Positions 38,172-47,151 of a DNA stretch of 64,000 nt are shown here, piece after piece. The notes below the pieces were generated by a model, which saw nothing but the letters and a program-made list of their open reading frames with translations, did not search any database and had not been told where the DNA came from. The position numbers and the translations under genes are program-made. This DNA comes from an uncultured Gammaproteobacteria bacterium. GTDB lineage: Bacteria > Pseudomonadota > Gammaproteobacteria > JASBUN01. Location of the stretch: contig CAWKIK010000003.1 of assembly GCA_963849825.1 (NCBI GenBank), positions 179,700 through 243,699 of the forward strand. Reading direction: 5' to 3'. The first letter of the stretch is position 1, and each line of letters begins with the position of its first letter.

Positions 38172-39629
38172 ATGAACGATAGCAATCCGAATGCAGCGGC
38201 GTTGACCGAGCTTCGGCCCCGCTCCCTGAAGTATCTTTCCAACACGCTGCAACAGTTGGTCCGCGGCCGTCTGTGGTTGCAGGTCCTGATCGGCATGTTC
38301 GCGGGGTTGGTAACCGGCTTTCTGATCGGACCTTCGGTGGATTGGGTTGCACCGGATACGGCGCGTCTGCTCAGCGACTGGCTAGCGTTGCCGGGACAAT
38401 TGTTCCTGGCGTTGATCCAGATGATCGTGATACCCCTGGTTTTTGCGTCCATCATACGCGGGCTGGCCGCAAGCGAAGACCTGGATCAGCTTCGTCGGGT
38501 CGGGTTACGCGTCGCCCTGTATTTTGTCGCGACCACTGCGATAGCGATTGTGATCGGCATCGCGTTCGCACTATGGATTCGGCCCGGACAGTTCATCGAC
38601 CCGCAGCTACTACAGATCCCGGCATCCGCACCGGTAACAGTGCCCGCCAACGCCGCACCGCCGACCCTCAACGATCTCCCCGGGCGCATCGTGACCCTGG
38701 TCCCCGAGAATCCGCTCACGTCCATGGTCGAAAGCAACATGCTGGAAGTGGTCATCTTCGCCATCATCGTCGGCATTGCACTGGTGATCATGGCCCCGAA
38801 GCAAGCCAAGCCCCTGTTGGACTTGCTCGGCTCACTGCAGGAAGTATGCATGACCGTTGTGCGCTGGGCGATGTGGCTGGCGCCCGTGGCCGTGTTCGGG
38901 CTGCTGGCTGCCCTCACCGCTCGACTCGGGCTGAACGCACTGCTCGGCATGGCGGTGTACGTCGCCACCGTGTTGCTAGCGCTGTTGAGCTTGTTCGGAC
39001 TCTATCTGGTACTGATTTATTTCGCTGCCGGCATGACGCCGAAAACATTTTTACGGGCTGTAGGCGACGTACTGCTGTTGGCGTTTTCCACTTCCAGTTC
39101 GGCCGCCGTCATGCCGCTCTCCATCAAGACGGCAGAAGAGATGCTCGGCGTCAGGCCATCTATTTCGCAATTCGTGATCCCTTTGGGCGCCACCATCAAC
39201 ATGAACGGTACAGCGCTCTATCAAGGCGTGGCGGCGATCTTCCTGGCGCAAGTGTTCGGCATCGAGGTGGGGCTCGGCGGCATGCTTTTGATTGTCATAA
39301 CATCAGTCGGGGCTTCGGTCGGTGCGCCGGCAACTCCGGGAGTCGGCATCGTGGTTCTGGCCATGATCCTGACCACCGTCGGCATACCGGCATCCGGCAT
39401 TGCGCTGATCATGGGCGTCGATCGCATCCTCGACATGAGCCGGACAGCCATCAACGTCAGCGGTGACCTGGTTGCGGCAAGATTGATGGACCGCTGGATC
39501 GGCGGCGCATCATCGCTGCAACAACAGCACGCACAGGAACGCCATGACGAGGAGGTGCGCGCGCGAACCGGCGAGGACGTTCTTACCGGCCCCGGCCAGC
39601 ACACCACGGGTCAACGTTCGATGGTGTAG
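38172..39629 (+). CDS. Dicarboxylate/amino acid:cation symporter (DAACS family; GltP/DctA-like)
   Basis: 8-10 TM topology with LIQMIVIPLVFASIIRGLA and AAVMPLS..., typical DAACS re-entrant loop motifs. Confidence 0.85.
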   Translation: MNDSNPNAAALTELRPRSLKYLSNTLQQLVRGRLWLQVLIGMFAGLVTGFLIGPSVDWVAPDTARLLSDWLALPGQLFLALIQMIVIPLVFASIIRGLAASEDLDQLRRVGLRVALYFVATTAIAIVIGIAFALWIRPGQFIDPQLLQIPASAPVTVPANAAPPTLNDLPGRIVTLVPENPLTSMVESNMLEVVIFAIIVGIALVIMAPKQAKPLLDLLGSLQEVCMTVVRWAMWLAPVAVFGLLAALTARLGLNALLGMAVYVATVLLALLSLFGLYLVLIYFAAGMTPKTFLRAVGDVLLLAFSTSSSAAVMPLSIKTAEEMLGVRPSISQFVIPLGATINMNGTALYQGVAAIFLAQVFGIEVGLGGMLLIVITSVGASVGAPATPGVGIVVLAMILTTVGIPASGIALIMGVDRILDMSRTAINVSGDLVAARLMDRWIGGASSLQQQHAQERHDEEVRARTGEDVLTGPGQHTTGQRSMV

Positions 39630-42600
39630 AGTAGGTCGGCGCCGCTGGTCGAGCCCGTTTCACCTTGCACTTTCCAGTGCTTGGTCAATTCATAGCGCAA
39701 GCGCACCACATTGCCCGGCTCGAACAGGCCGACGCCGTAACTGACATACAACTTCGGTGACAAATAGCGACCTACCGTCAACCAAGGTTTGTCGGAGTCG
39801 CCTTCCTGGCCAACGCTGACATCCTGAAATCCAAGCTGGTGACCGATTTTTTCCGCCAACGCGGCGCCTTTCGCGAGGCCGGCGCTCGTGGCCGCCGCCA
39901 TCAACGCTTTACTGTCTCCTTGACCCGCGCCGCTGAGCGGCTTACCGGTGATTAGATATGACAGGATATCGCCATCGCTCATGGTTGGATCGGAGAATAA
40001 TTCAAGTCGTGGATTCGACGCCGTACCGCTCACTTGAACGCCGACTTTGATTTCCTGAATGGTACGCGTCGCGGTGAAGCTCAATCCCGGATTCGTCACT
40101 GGATTACCCGAGTAACTCAGGCTGCCGCTGTCCACAGTCAAAGTCTTGCCATACGCGGTGTAGCTGGCGTCGTGAATGTCGAGAGTTCCGGTTGCGGTCG
40201 TGATTTTGTTGGGCACATCATCAAGGGCGAGCGTGCCGCTAATACGGCCATCAAACCCATAGCCCGTGAAGTGCACCTTGTCACCCAGCTTCAAACGAAT
40301 TTTGGCGTAAACCACCCACCCGCTCTGCTGCTTGACTTGCTCTTCGTCATTGCGGATGACCTCGACATCACTGGAAGGCTTGACTGCCGAGCGTCCATCG
40401 CTGGGCGTGAGTTCGGCTTCCGGTACGGTCAGTTCGCCGCTGACATCGATTCGCTTCGGTTGTGCTCTGATGTCGAGATTCGGAGAAATATAGGCCTTGG
40501 CCTCGGTGGTGTTCACAACCAGGAAACGATCGCCGCTGATATGCAATTGTGTGCGCCAGGGATCTGCGCTCGGCATTTTGAAATCGCCTTGGATGCGCAC
40601 GACGCCGCCACCCGAATGGGCACTGCCTTGCAATTGCAAAGTACCGCGACCGGCATCCGCGATCCGCAAATCAACGTCCTTTAATACTGTGCCGGCCTGC
40701 GGCAACTCGACTTGGCTGGCGCGCAAACGCGCCTCGCCTGAAATCTGCGGTTCGCCAACCGTTCCAGCAAGCGTCAGACTCCCCTGGAGGTTGCCGTCGA
40801 CGCCGCTGACCTGGGGCACGAAGACCTCCACGATGTCCCAGCGGGCCATCTGCAGGTTCAGGTGACCATCGACCCGGCTCGCTGTCCAGGTGCCCCCGCT
40901 CGGCATGGCAACTCGCACCTCGCCCGCCACGCGATCCTTACCGGCCAGGTCGATCTGCAGTTCTCCCACTAACTGCTGACCCTTTTGGCCGATCTTCAGC
41001 ACACCGCCGCCGAAGGATTCGTCAACCACGTGCTCGGCGTCGGCCTTGTAGCGCACAGCCCCGGAACTCAGGCGCAACTGACCGTCCACCTTCGACAGCG
41101 AACCGTTGGCGGATGCAACTGCAACATTGCCGTCGACTGTGCCGGTGATGTGAATATCCTCCGGCATCAACTGCGCCAACGCCGCCAGCGGCAACTCGTT
41201 CAGTTCGAGCTTGCCGGACCAGGGGCCGGCACTACGCCATTGGCCTGCCATACAAACTCCACCCTGCTGGCGTTGTAGGCAAACACGATCGAGTGCGGCG
41301 TGATCGGCCGCCAGGGTCAATGCTGCAGGCTGTTGCAGCTGCCAAGTGCCCAGCCTGTCGGTCGACAACCGCAGCGTGCGCAGCTCGCCGTGCCAGACCG
41401 ACTGTGACTGCACCCCCCCGGCCAGCACCAGCTTCACGGCAGCATCTGCCTGTTTGATCTGCAATTCCATTTGGTGCTGCGCCGTGGTGCCGGAACCGGT
41501 GAGCGTCAAGCGTTCGGCGTCGTTACCGGCGGCACTGAGTTGCGTCGCTTGCAAGTCGATTTTAAGCGGTTGCTGGGGCCCGATTCCGGCAGCCACGGAG
41601 CCTTTCAGGGACGCCGTACTGTAGTCCTGGTACCGCAACTGCTGGCCGTCGAGCTTGGCCTGCATGCGCGGGGCTTGGCTGGTACCCTGCACTGCGCCCG
41701 ATGCATGCAGCGAACCGGAGGCGTGCGGCAGCAAGTCCGCCAGCTGACTGGCATCGAGTTTCCAAGCCAGATCGAGCCGTTCGCCATAGTCGCCGTGAAC
41801 ATCGAGCTTGGCGTCGCCGGAACGGATCTGTAACTGCTCGACGCGCCAGCGCTGTTCAGCCAACGCCACTTTTGCCTCGGCTTCGAATCTGCGCTGGCGC
41901 AAAGTGCCCCTGACTTGCTGGAGCGTCAACTGCAGCGAAGGTCCGTCCTGGGGCGCGGCTCCCGAAACCTGCACCCTACCATCAAGCTTTCCGGGCCAAG
42001 CCGAATCGATGGTACCGGGATTGAGGTTCTGCAACTGCAGGGCAAACTGCCACCGCAACGATTCTTTCCAGGCGACGGAGCCGCTCCCGGTCATGGAACC
42101 ATCCAAAAGCTGGGCGTCGATCGACTGGAACTGCACCCGCCCGAGATTGCCATCACCTTTGATCTGCCATTGGCTTGACGGCAGCTGCGGTGCGGCCAGC
42201 TCGAGCTTGGTCTGGAAACGATAGTCGTCCAGCCCACCTTGCACGCTGAAATTACCTTGGTTGCTGGATGCCTGTGGCGTTCCCTGCAGTGGCCATTGGA
42301 ATTGCTGCCAGCTTCCGTCGATATCCAGCTGCGGCGACGTACTGTGCCATTGACCGATCTGGCCGTGCATCTGGATGCGGGCACTGCCGCCGGTCTCGCG
42401 TGCCACTATTTGCTCCAGACGCAGATCCTGACCGCCATTTCGCAGAGCACCGTTGACTTGCAGCTGCGCCGGAGCATTGGCCACGCCCGGCAGAGACAGC
42501 GCAGCATCCAGGCGCAGCAGAAAATCGTCCATTCCACCGCGCAGACGGGCGCTACCCGTGGCACTAGCAACCTGCGGGCTTTGCCGCAACGGCCACTGCA

Positions 42601-43615
42601 AATTGCGCCACTGCAACGTCAAGTCCGCTGTACGGCTGTCGTCAAGCCAATCGTTGACGCTACCTTCGAGCCGCGCATCTCGATCGCCGTCTGGCAGGTG
42701 GACCAGCACCGGGTCGAGAACCGCCTTGGTCCGGTCGCCGTGAAGGTTTGCGTGCACTTCCACTTGACCCAATCCCACCGGCTCCGATGGTGGCGCTTGA
42801 TTCCCGGCCGGCGCCTGCAATTGCCGCAGCAAGGCGTCGGCATCGAAAGGCCGCACGTCCAACTTCGCCTGCCAGCGGGTTTTGTCGAACACGTCTTCCA
42901 GTTGCGCCTGCAACTGCGCTTGCAGCGGAGCATCCAGCTGATGGTGTATCCGCAAGTCGGTGCGATCGCCTTTGATGGTGCCGGCGCCGCGCCAATGCTC
43001 TCCATCGGTCTGCAACGCCCACTTCACAGTCAGGTCCGTGCTGTAATCGTCGCCGAGTTGCGCCGTGCCCATACCGGAAAGCTGCATGCTAGGGCCTGTC
43101 ACGGCGAGATGGTCGAGGTGCAATCGATTGCCCTGAAGCGTGGCGCCCAGTTCGATGCGCTCGATCTTGAGGGGATCCTGATCGGCCTGGCTGATGCTCA
43201 GATCTTCAACCACGGCTTGGGCCAACGAAATACCCATCGGCGTGCTGAATTGCGGCGGAAATTCACCGGCTTGCTGTTGATCGCCGGGCTCGGTATGCAC
43301 GCGAACACCCTGGGCATGGAGGGACTGCACTTTGAGCAGTCCGCGCAACATGGACGACGCTTGCCAACGGGCTTGGAATTGATCGATTTGCAGGGTCAAA
43401 GTGGCGCTGTGAAAGCGCAGATTCTGCAAATGCACGCCGCGCAACAGGGAGCCATCGATCTGGCCGATCTGCAGTGTATCGCCCGTGCGGTTTTCAGCCT
43501 GGCCCAGCGCCCAGCGCAGCCCGGAACCGGTACCGGCCACGTAACCAATGCCGATCAACAGCAACAACAGCAAGGCCGCAAACAGCCATCCGAGCCCGCG
43601 CAGTACAGGCTTCAT
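39611..43615 (-). CDS. tamB: Translocation and assembly module subunit TamB (DUF490)
   Basis: 1334 aa, N-terminal signal-anchor, long beta-helical repeats, C-terminal DUF490 (…LSPKLYVSYGVGLFEPGNVVRLRYELTKHWKVQGETG). Directly downstream of tamA with a 4-nt overlap. Confidence 0.88.
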   Translation of the reverse strand: MKPVLRGLGWLFAALLLLLLIGIGYVAGTGSGLRWALGQAENRTGDTLQIGQIDGSLLRGVHLQNLRFHSATLTLQIDQFQARWQASSMLRGLLKVQSLHAQGVRVHTEPGDQQQAGEFPPQFSTPMGISLAQAVVEDLSISQADQDPLKIERIELGATLQGNRLHLDHLAVTGPSMQLSGMGTAQLGDDYSTDLTVKWALQTDGEHWRGAGTIKGDRTDLRIHHQLDAPLQAQLQAQLEDVFDKTRWQAKLDVRPFDADALLRQLQAPAGNQAPPSEPVGLGQVEVHANLHGDRTKAVLDPVLVHLPDGDRDARLEGSVNDWLDDSRTADLTLQWRNLQWPLRQSPQVASATGSARLRGGMDDFLLRLDAALSLPGVANAPAQLQVNGALRNGGQDLRLEQIVARETGGSARIQMHGQIGQWHSTSPQLDIDGSWQQFQWPLQGTPQASSNQGNFSVQGGLDDYRFQTKLELAAPQLPSSQWQIKGDGNLGRVQFQSIDAQLLDGSMTGSGSVAWKESLRWQFALQLQNLNPGTIDSAWPGKLDGRVQVSGAAPQDGPSLQLTLQQVRGTLRQRRFEAEAKVALAEQRWRVEQLQIRSGDAKLDVHGDYGERLDLAWKLDASQLADLLPHASGSLHASGAVQGTSQAPRMQAKLDGQQLRYQDYSTASLKGSVAAGIGPQQPLKIDLQATQLSAAGNDAERLTLTGSGTTAQHQMELQIKQADAAVKLVLAGGVQSQSVWHGELRTLRLSTDRLGTWQLQQPAALTLAADHAALDRVCLQRQQGGVCMAGQWRSAGPWSGKLELNELPLAALAQLMPEDIHITGTVDGNVAVASANGSLSKVDGQLRLSSGAVRYKADAEHVVDESFGGGVLKIGQKGQQLVGELQIDLAGKDRVAGEVRVAMPSGGTWTASRVDGHLNLQMARWDIVEVFVPQVSGVDGNLQGSLTLAGTVGEPQISGEARLRASQVELPQAGTVLKDVDLRIADAGRGTLQLQGSAHSGGGVVRIQGDFKMPSADPWRTQLHISGDRFLVVNTTEAKAYISPNLDIRAQPKRIDVSGELTVPEAELTPSDGRSAVKPSSDVEVIRNDEEQVKQQSGWVVYAKIRLKLGDKVHFTGYGFDGRISGTLALDDVPNKITTATGTLDIHDASYTAYGKTLTVDSGSLSYSGNPVTNPGLSFTATRTIQEIKVGVQVSGTASNPRLELFSDPTMSDGDILSYLITGKPLSGAGQGDSKALMAAATSAGLAKGAALAEKIGHQLGFQDVSVGQEGDSDKPWLTVGRYLSPKLYVSYGVGLFEPGNVVRLRYELTKHWKVQGETGSTSGADLLYTIER

Positions 43616-45372
43616 AGATCAGGTCCGATGGTCAGGTGCAAGCGGATGCCGGCGCCCGGTTCACTCAATGGCTTGGCCAGGTCGACCCGCACCCAGCCTA
43701 CAGGCGAGCGCCAGTGCACTCCGACGCCCACGCTGTGTTCCAATTCGTCGCCGAAATGATTGATGGCGTTTCCGGCATCGTAGAATACTGCAGCCGCCCA
43801 TTTTTCCTTGATGCGGTGCTCGTACTCGATACTGCCTACCAGCAGGTGGCGGCCGCCGATCACGTTTCCCGCGCTGTCCTTCGGACCAAGGGCTTGATAG
43901 GCAAAGCCGCGCACGCTCTGATCACCGCCGGCGAAGAAACGCACCGAGGGCGGTAAAAGATCGAAATCCTGGACCCAGGTCGTACCCGCCTCGGCCCGCG
44001 CAATGATGCGATCGTCACCGATGGAACGAATCCACTTCCCGTGTACGCGTGCCTGGACGAATGAAGTGTCCGACAAAATTCCTTCATAGGCGCCGCGAAG
44101 ATCCAGGCCAATCCGGGAACCGTTGCGGGTATATAACGGGTCGTTGGTCTTTACCCGCGTCCAACTGGCACCAGGCATGAGTAATGATGTATGCCCTTGC
44201 TGTGCGCCGACCGTGAAATCACTGTCGAGATAGGTCAGCGAAAACACCTGCCGCCACAGCCCGAGCTTCTGCTCCAGTCCAGCTCCCAACTCAAACGATT
44301 TACTGGTGCTGGTCTTGGTATCCTCATCAGTGTATTGGGTACGGAAGAATACTTGGTCGGTACGCGGGTCCCGCACTGGTATTTCATAGCGTGCTTCTAT
44401 CTGATTACGAATCTGGGAAACCTGCAGCTGGCTTTTGAAACGATGGCCTTTTCGATTGACATAACGACGGTCGAAACCAACGCTGCCGCGCGGACCGGTA
44501 TCAGTGCCGTAGCCCACGCCGAAGCTGTAACGGCTGCGCGGCCGCGCTTTCAGCGTCACATGTACCGGCACCGCCAGCCCGGAACTCTCGCCCGGCTGAG
44601 GACTGACTTCCACACGCTCGAAGTAATCGCTGTCGATCAGCGCACTCTGCAACTCGAGTAATTTTTGCGACAGGTAAGGCTCGCCCTCCTGAAATGAAAC
44701 GAAACGGCGCAGCAATTTCTCATCGACCACCGTCGGTTCGAACTGGATGGGACCGAAATGGTAGCGCGGACCGCTGTCGAGCTCGAGTTCGACCCGCGCC
44801 GTATAGGCTTGCATGTCGACCTCGACCTTGTGCTTGGACAACTTGGCGTCGAAGTAGCCGCGTTCTGCGGCCAGGGTCAACAATGCGGTCTTGGCCTTTT
44901 CATATTGCTGATGGAGCAGCGGCGCCCCTTTGCGGATGGGAAAATCCTGCAGTAATTTCTTGAACGCCGGGTCGTCGTGGGCATCACCCTTGATTTCAGC
45001 GTCCAACCTGCCGATTCGCACCTGCGGCCCGGGCTTGATGACATAACGCGCCAACCAGCCGTTGTCGGTCTGTTGCAGCTGATCGTTCACCTGGACCTGG
45101 TAATACCCGAACGGCTCCAGGGCCTGTTTGATCTCCTCCTTCGCTTGCCCGTGCAAACGCCGGATACGCGCGGGGGTGAGATCGGCGTCATTTTTGTGTT
45201 GCTCAAGGCTGAGCAGCTGACGCACGTTATCGAGCGCGTCGTCTTTGACGCCTTCGATTTGCACTTGCAGTGCGGTGGCCGCCCACGCCGACGGAACGAC
45301 GAGCAGCAGCAATACGCCCCAACAGCAAGCGACGCGCCAAGTGCCGGGGTCGCAGATTTTAGTTAAGCCCAT
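43612..45372 (-). CDS. tamA: Translocation and assembly module subunit TamA (Omp85 family, POTRA domains)
   Basis: 586 aa with signal peptide, three POTRA-like segments and an Omp85 barrel ending in aromatic-rich strands. Confidence 0.88.
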   Translation of the reverse strand: MGLTKICDPGTWRVACCWGVLLLLVVPSAWAATALQVQIEGVKDDALDNVRQLLSLEQHKNDADLTPARIRRLHGQAKEEIKQALEPFGYYQVQVNDQLQQTDNGWLARYVIKPGPQVRIGRLDAEIKGDAHDDPAFKKLLQDFPIRKGAPLLHQQYEKAKTALLTLAAERGYFDAKLSKHKVEVDMQAYTARVELELDSGPRYHFGPIQFEPTVVDEKLLRRFVSFQEGEPYLSQKLLELQSALIDSDYFERVEVSPQPGESSGLAVPVHVTLKARPRSRYSFGVGYGTDTGPRGSVGFDRRYVNRKGHRFKSQLQVSQIRNQIEARYEIPVRDPRTDQVFFRTQYTDEDTKTSTSKSFELGAGLEQKLGLWRQVFSLTYLDSDFTVGAQQGHTSLLMPGASWTRVKTNDPLYTRNGSRIGLDLRGAYEGILSDTSFVQARVHGKWIRSIGDDRIIARAEAGTTWVQDFDLLPPSVRFFAGGDQSVRGFAYQALGPKDSAGNVIGGRHLLVGSIEYEHRIKEKWAAAVFYDAGNAINHFGDELEHSVGVGVHWRSPVGWVRVDLAKPLSEPGAGIRLHLTIGPDL

Positions 45373-45570
45373 GATTTATATACGTGGCGATAGCTAGGAC
45401 GGGCGCGCCGAAAGCAATTTCGAGCGTGCGTCATTGCTACAGCATAAGACGCTGGAGCGGCAGTCCCAACCACAGACACGCCGGGTTCTTTGATCGACCC
45501 GCTGCTGAAGTCCGGAAAATCACCCGCCAGAACGGCAATCGCGGTTAAATTTTACGCATTGCGGGGGACG

Positions 45571-45599
45571 AAAAAATCAGCGATTTGAATTCGTCGCTG
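45571..45599 (-). terminator. Putative rho-independent terminator overlapping the 3' end of the PP2C phosphatase gene
   Basis: Minus-strand hairpin CAGCGA-(10 nt)-TCGCTG followed by ATTTTTT. Confidence 0.3.
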
Positions 45600-46389
45600 A
45601 CGGATCCTCAAGATCCAGGGTCAAGGTTGGCTCACCCGAGGCTTGCGCCGCGGCTTGGCCATGCGCCGGCGCCCCGGCAGGGGCAGGCACCAGCAATACG
45701 GTAATATTGTCGGACCCGCCGTGCTCTAGCGCCGAGTCCACCAGCGCTTGGGCCGCGGCCTGGAGATTGCCCGCGCCACGCAACAAGGTGCCGATCTCTT
45801 CTTCGGAGACTTCGCCGGTCAACCCGTCGCTGCATAATAGTATCAATTCGCCCTGGCATAGCGTCCCCGACACGGACTCCACCTCGACCCGATCCAGATC
45901 GGCCACACCCAACGCCTGAGTAATGACGTTGCGGTAGGGATGATTGACCGCTTCGGCGCTGCTGATCTGGCCTTCGTCGAGCATTTTTTGGACAAACGAG
46001 TGGTCGCGGGTCAATTGGCGCAAGCCACCGTTCTGCCACAAATAGGCCCGGCTGTCGCCCACCCAAACCACCTCGTAACGGGCGCCGCGAAGCTGCAAGG
46101 CCACCAGGGTCGAACCCATGCCCGGCTGGCCCAGACCTTCCTGCGCCGCCAGTGTCACCACATCATGGGCACGTGCCGCGGCCGCCTGGAGTCCGGCGCC
46201 AAGACTGAGCTGTTCGTGGATGAAATCCGCGGCAATGCGGCTGGCGACCTCGCCACTCTCGTGACCGCCCATACCGTCGGCGACGATCCACAGACCCAGC
46301 TGCGGGTCGGCGACGTAACTGTCTTCGTTCAGGTCGCGAACCCGGCCTTTGTGCGTGGCTTCGCCATGTCCGTCTGCCTGCTCCGTCAT
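45577..46389 (-). CDS. PP2C-family Ser/Thr protein phosphatase
   Basis: RVRDLNEDSYV...LWIVADGMGGHESGEVAS, classic PPM metal-binding motifs. 270 aa. Confidence 0.88.
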   Translation of the reverse strand: MTEQADGHGEATHKGRVRDLNEDSYVADPQLGLWIVADGMGGHESGEVASRIAADFIHEQLSLGAGLQAAAARAHDVVTLAAQEGLGQPGMGSTLVALQLRGARYEVVWVGDSRAYLWQNGGLRQLTRDHSFVQKMLDEGQISSAEAVNHPYRNVITQALGVADLDRVEVESVSGTLCQGELILLCSDGLTGEVSEEEIGTLLRGAGNLQAAAQALVDSALEHGGSDNITVLLVPAPAGAPAHGQAAAQASGEPTLTLDLEDPSATNSNR

Positions 46390-46632
46390 TCCCTACATCC
46401 AGCTCTTTGGTTCGATTCTCTCCAGTATAGCGAGGAATTGTGCGGGAAACGCCATATAACGCCGTGCAGTGACGCGCAATTCTGTGCCTTACAGAACAAG
46501 TTAGCGAACTGTTGCGGCGAAGCTTGAGGTTCGGTTTCCATAAAACGGGCGGCCTAATTATGATAGATATACAGGTCGAGACGGCGGCAGCAGGAGCCGC
46601 CGGGGCACGGTTCACGGCAGGGGCGCGATCCT

Positions 46633-47115
46633 ATGAGCAGCGAATTCCTCAAAGTACCTAAGACAATCCGGCCCGTGGTGCTGTGGGTGCACCCGGAAGG
46701 CCAGGTTCGCGGCTCCCTTTTCGTCCATACGCAGAGCCGCAGCCACGCCGGTGAGCAGGACCCGGCGGAATTGTTGAACGAAACAGCGCCGTTTCTGATC
46801 GTGCAGCGCCACGATCCCGACGAATTGCGTTTCTATCAGCGCTCCGCAATCGTCCGGGCGGAATACGATGAACCGGCGGGAGCCCCGATGGAGGAAGTCC
46901 ATCCGTTTGAGTGCCGGCTGTATCTGATGGATGGTTCGGTGATCTCCGGCCTGGTGAACGAATCGCTGGCTCCGGACCATGCGCGATTGATCGATTATCT
47001 CAACCTACCAGAAACGCGGTTTGTGCGTCTTTGGCTGGAAGACGAAAGAGTATGCTTGGTCAATAAGGCGTACATCATCCATGCCACCGATCTCGGATCC
47101 GAAGGGGTCGAGTGA
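46633..47115 (+). CDS. Hypothetical protein (160 aa), first gene of the kinase/pilT operon
   Basis: High GC3 ORF immediately upstream (36-nt gap) of the HEAT-repeat kinase; no motif recognised. Possible accessory component or substrate of the kinase module. Confidence 0.5.
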   Translation: MSSEFLKVPKTIRPVVLWVHPEGQVRGSLFVHTQSRSHAGEQDPAELLNETAPFLIVQRHDPDELRFYQRSAIVRAEYDEPAGAPMEEVHPFECRLYLMDGSVISGLVNESLAPDHARLIDYLNLPETRFVRLWLEDERVCLVNKAYIIHATDLGSEGVE

Positions 47116-47151
47116 TCCGCTGACCACAGTTGGATCGTCGAGCAGCACGCC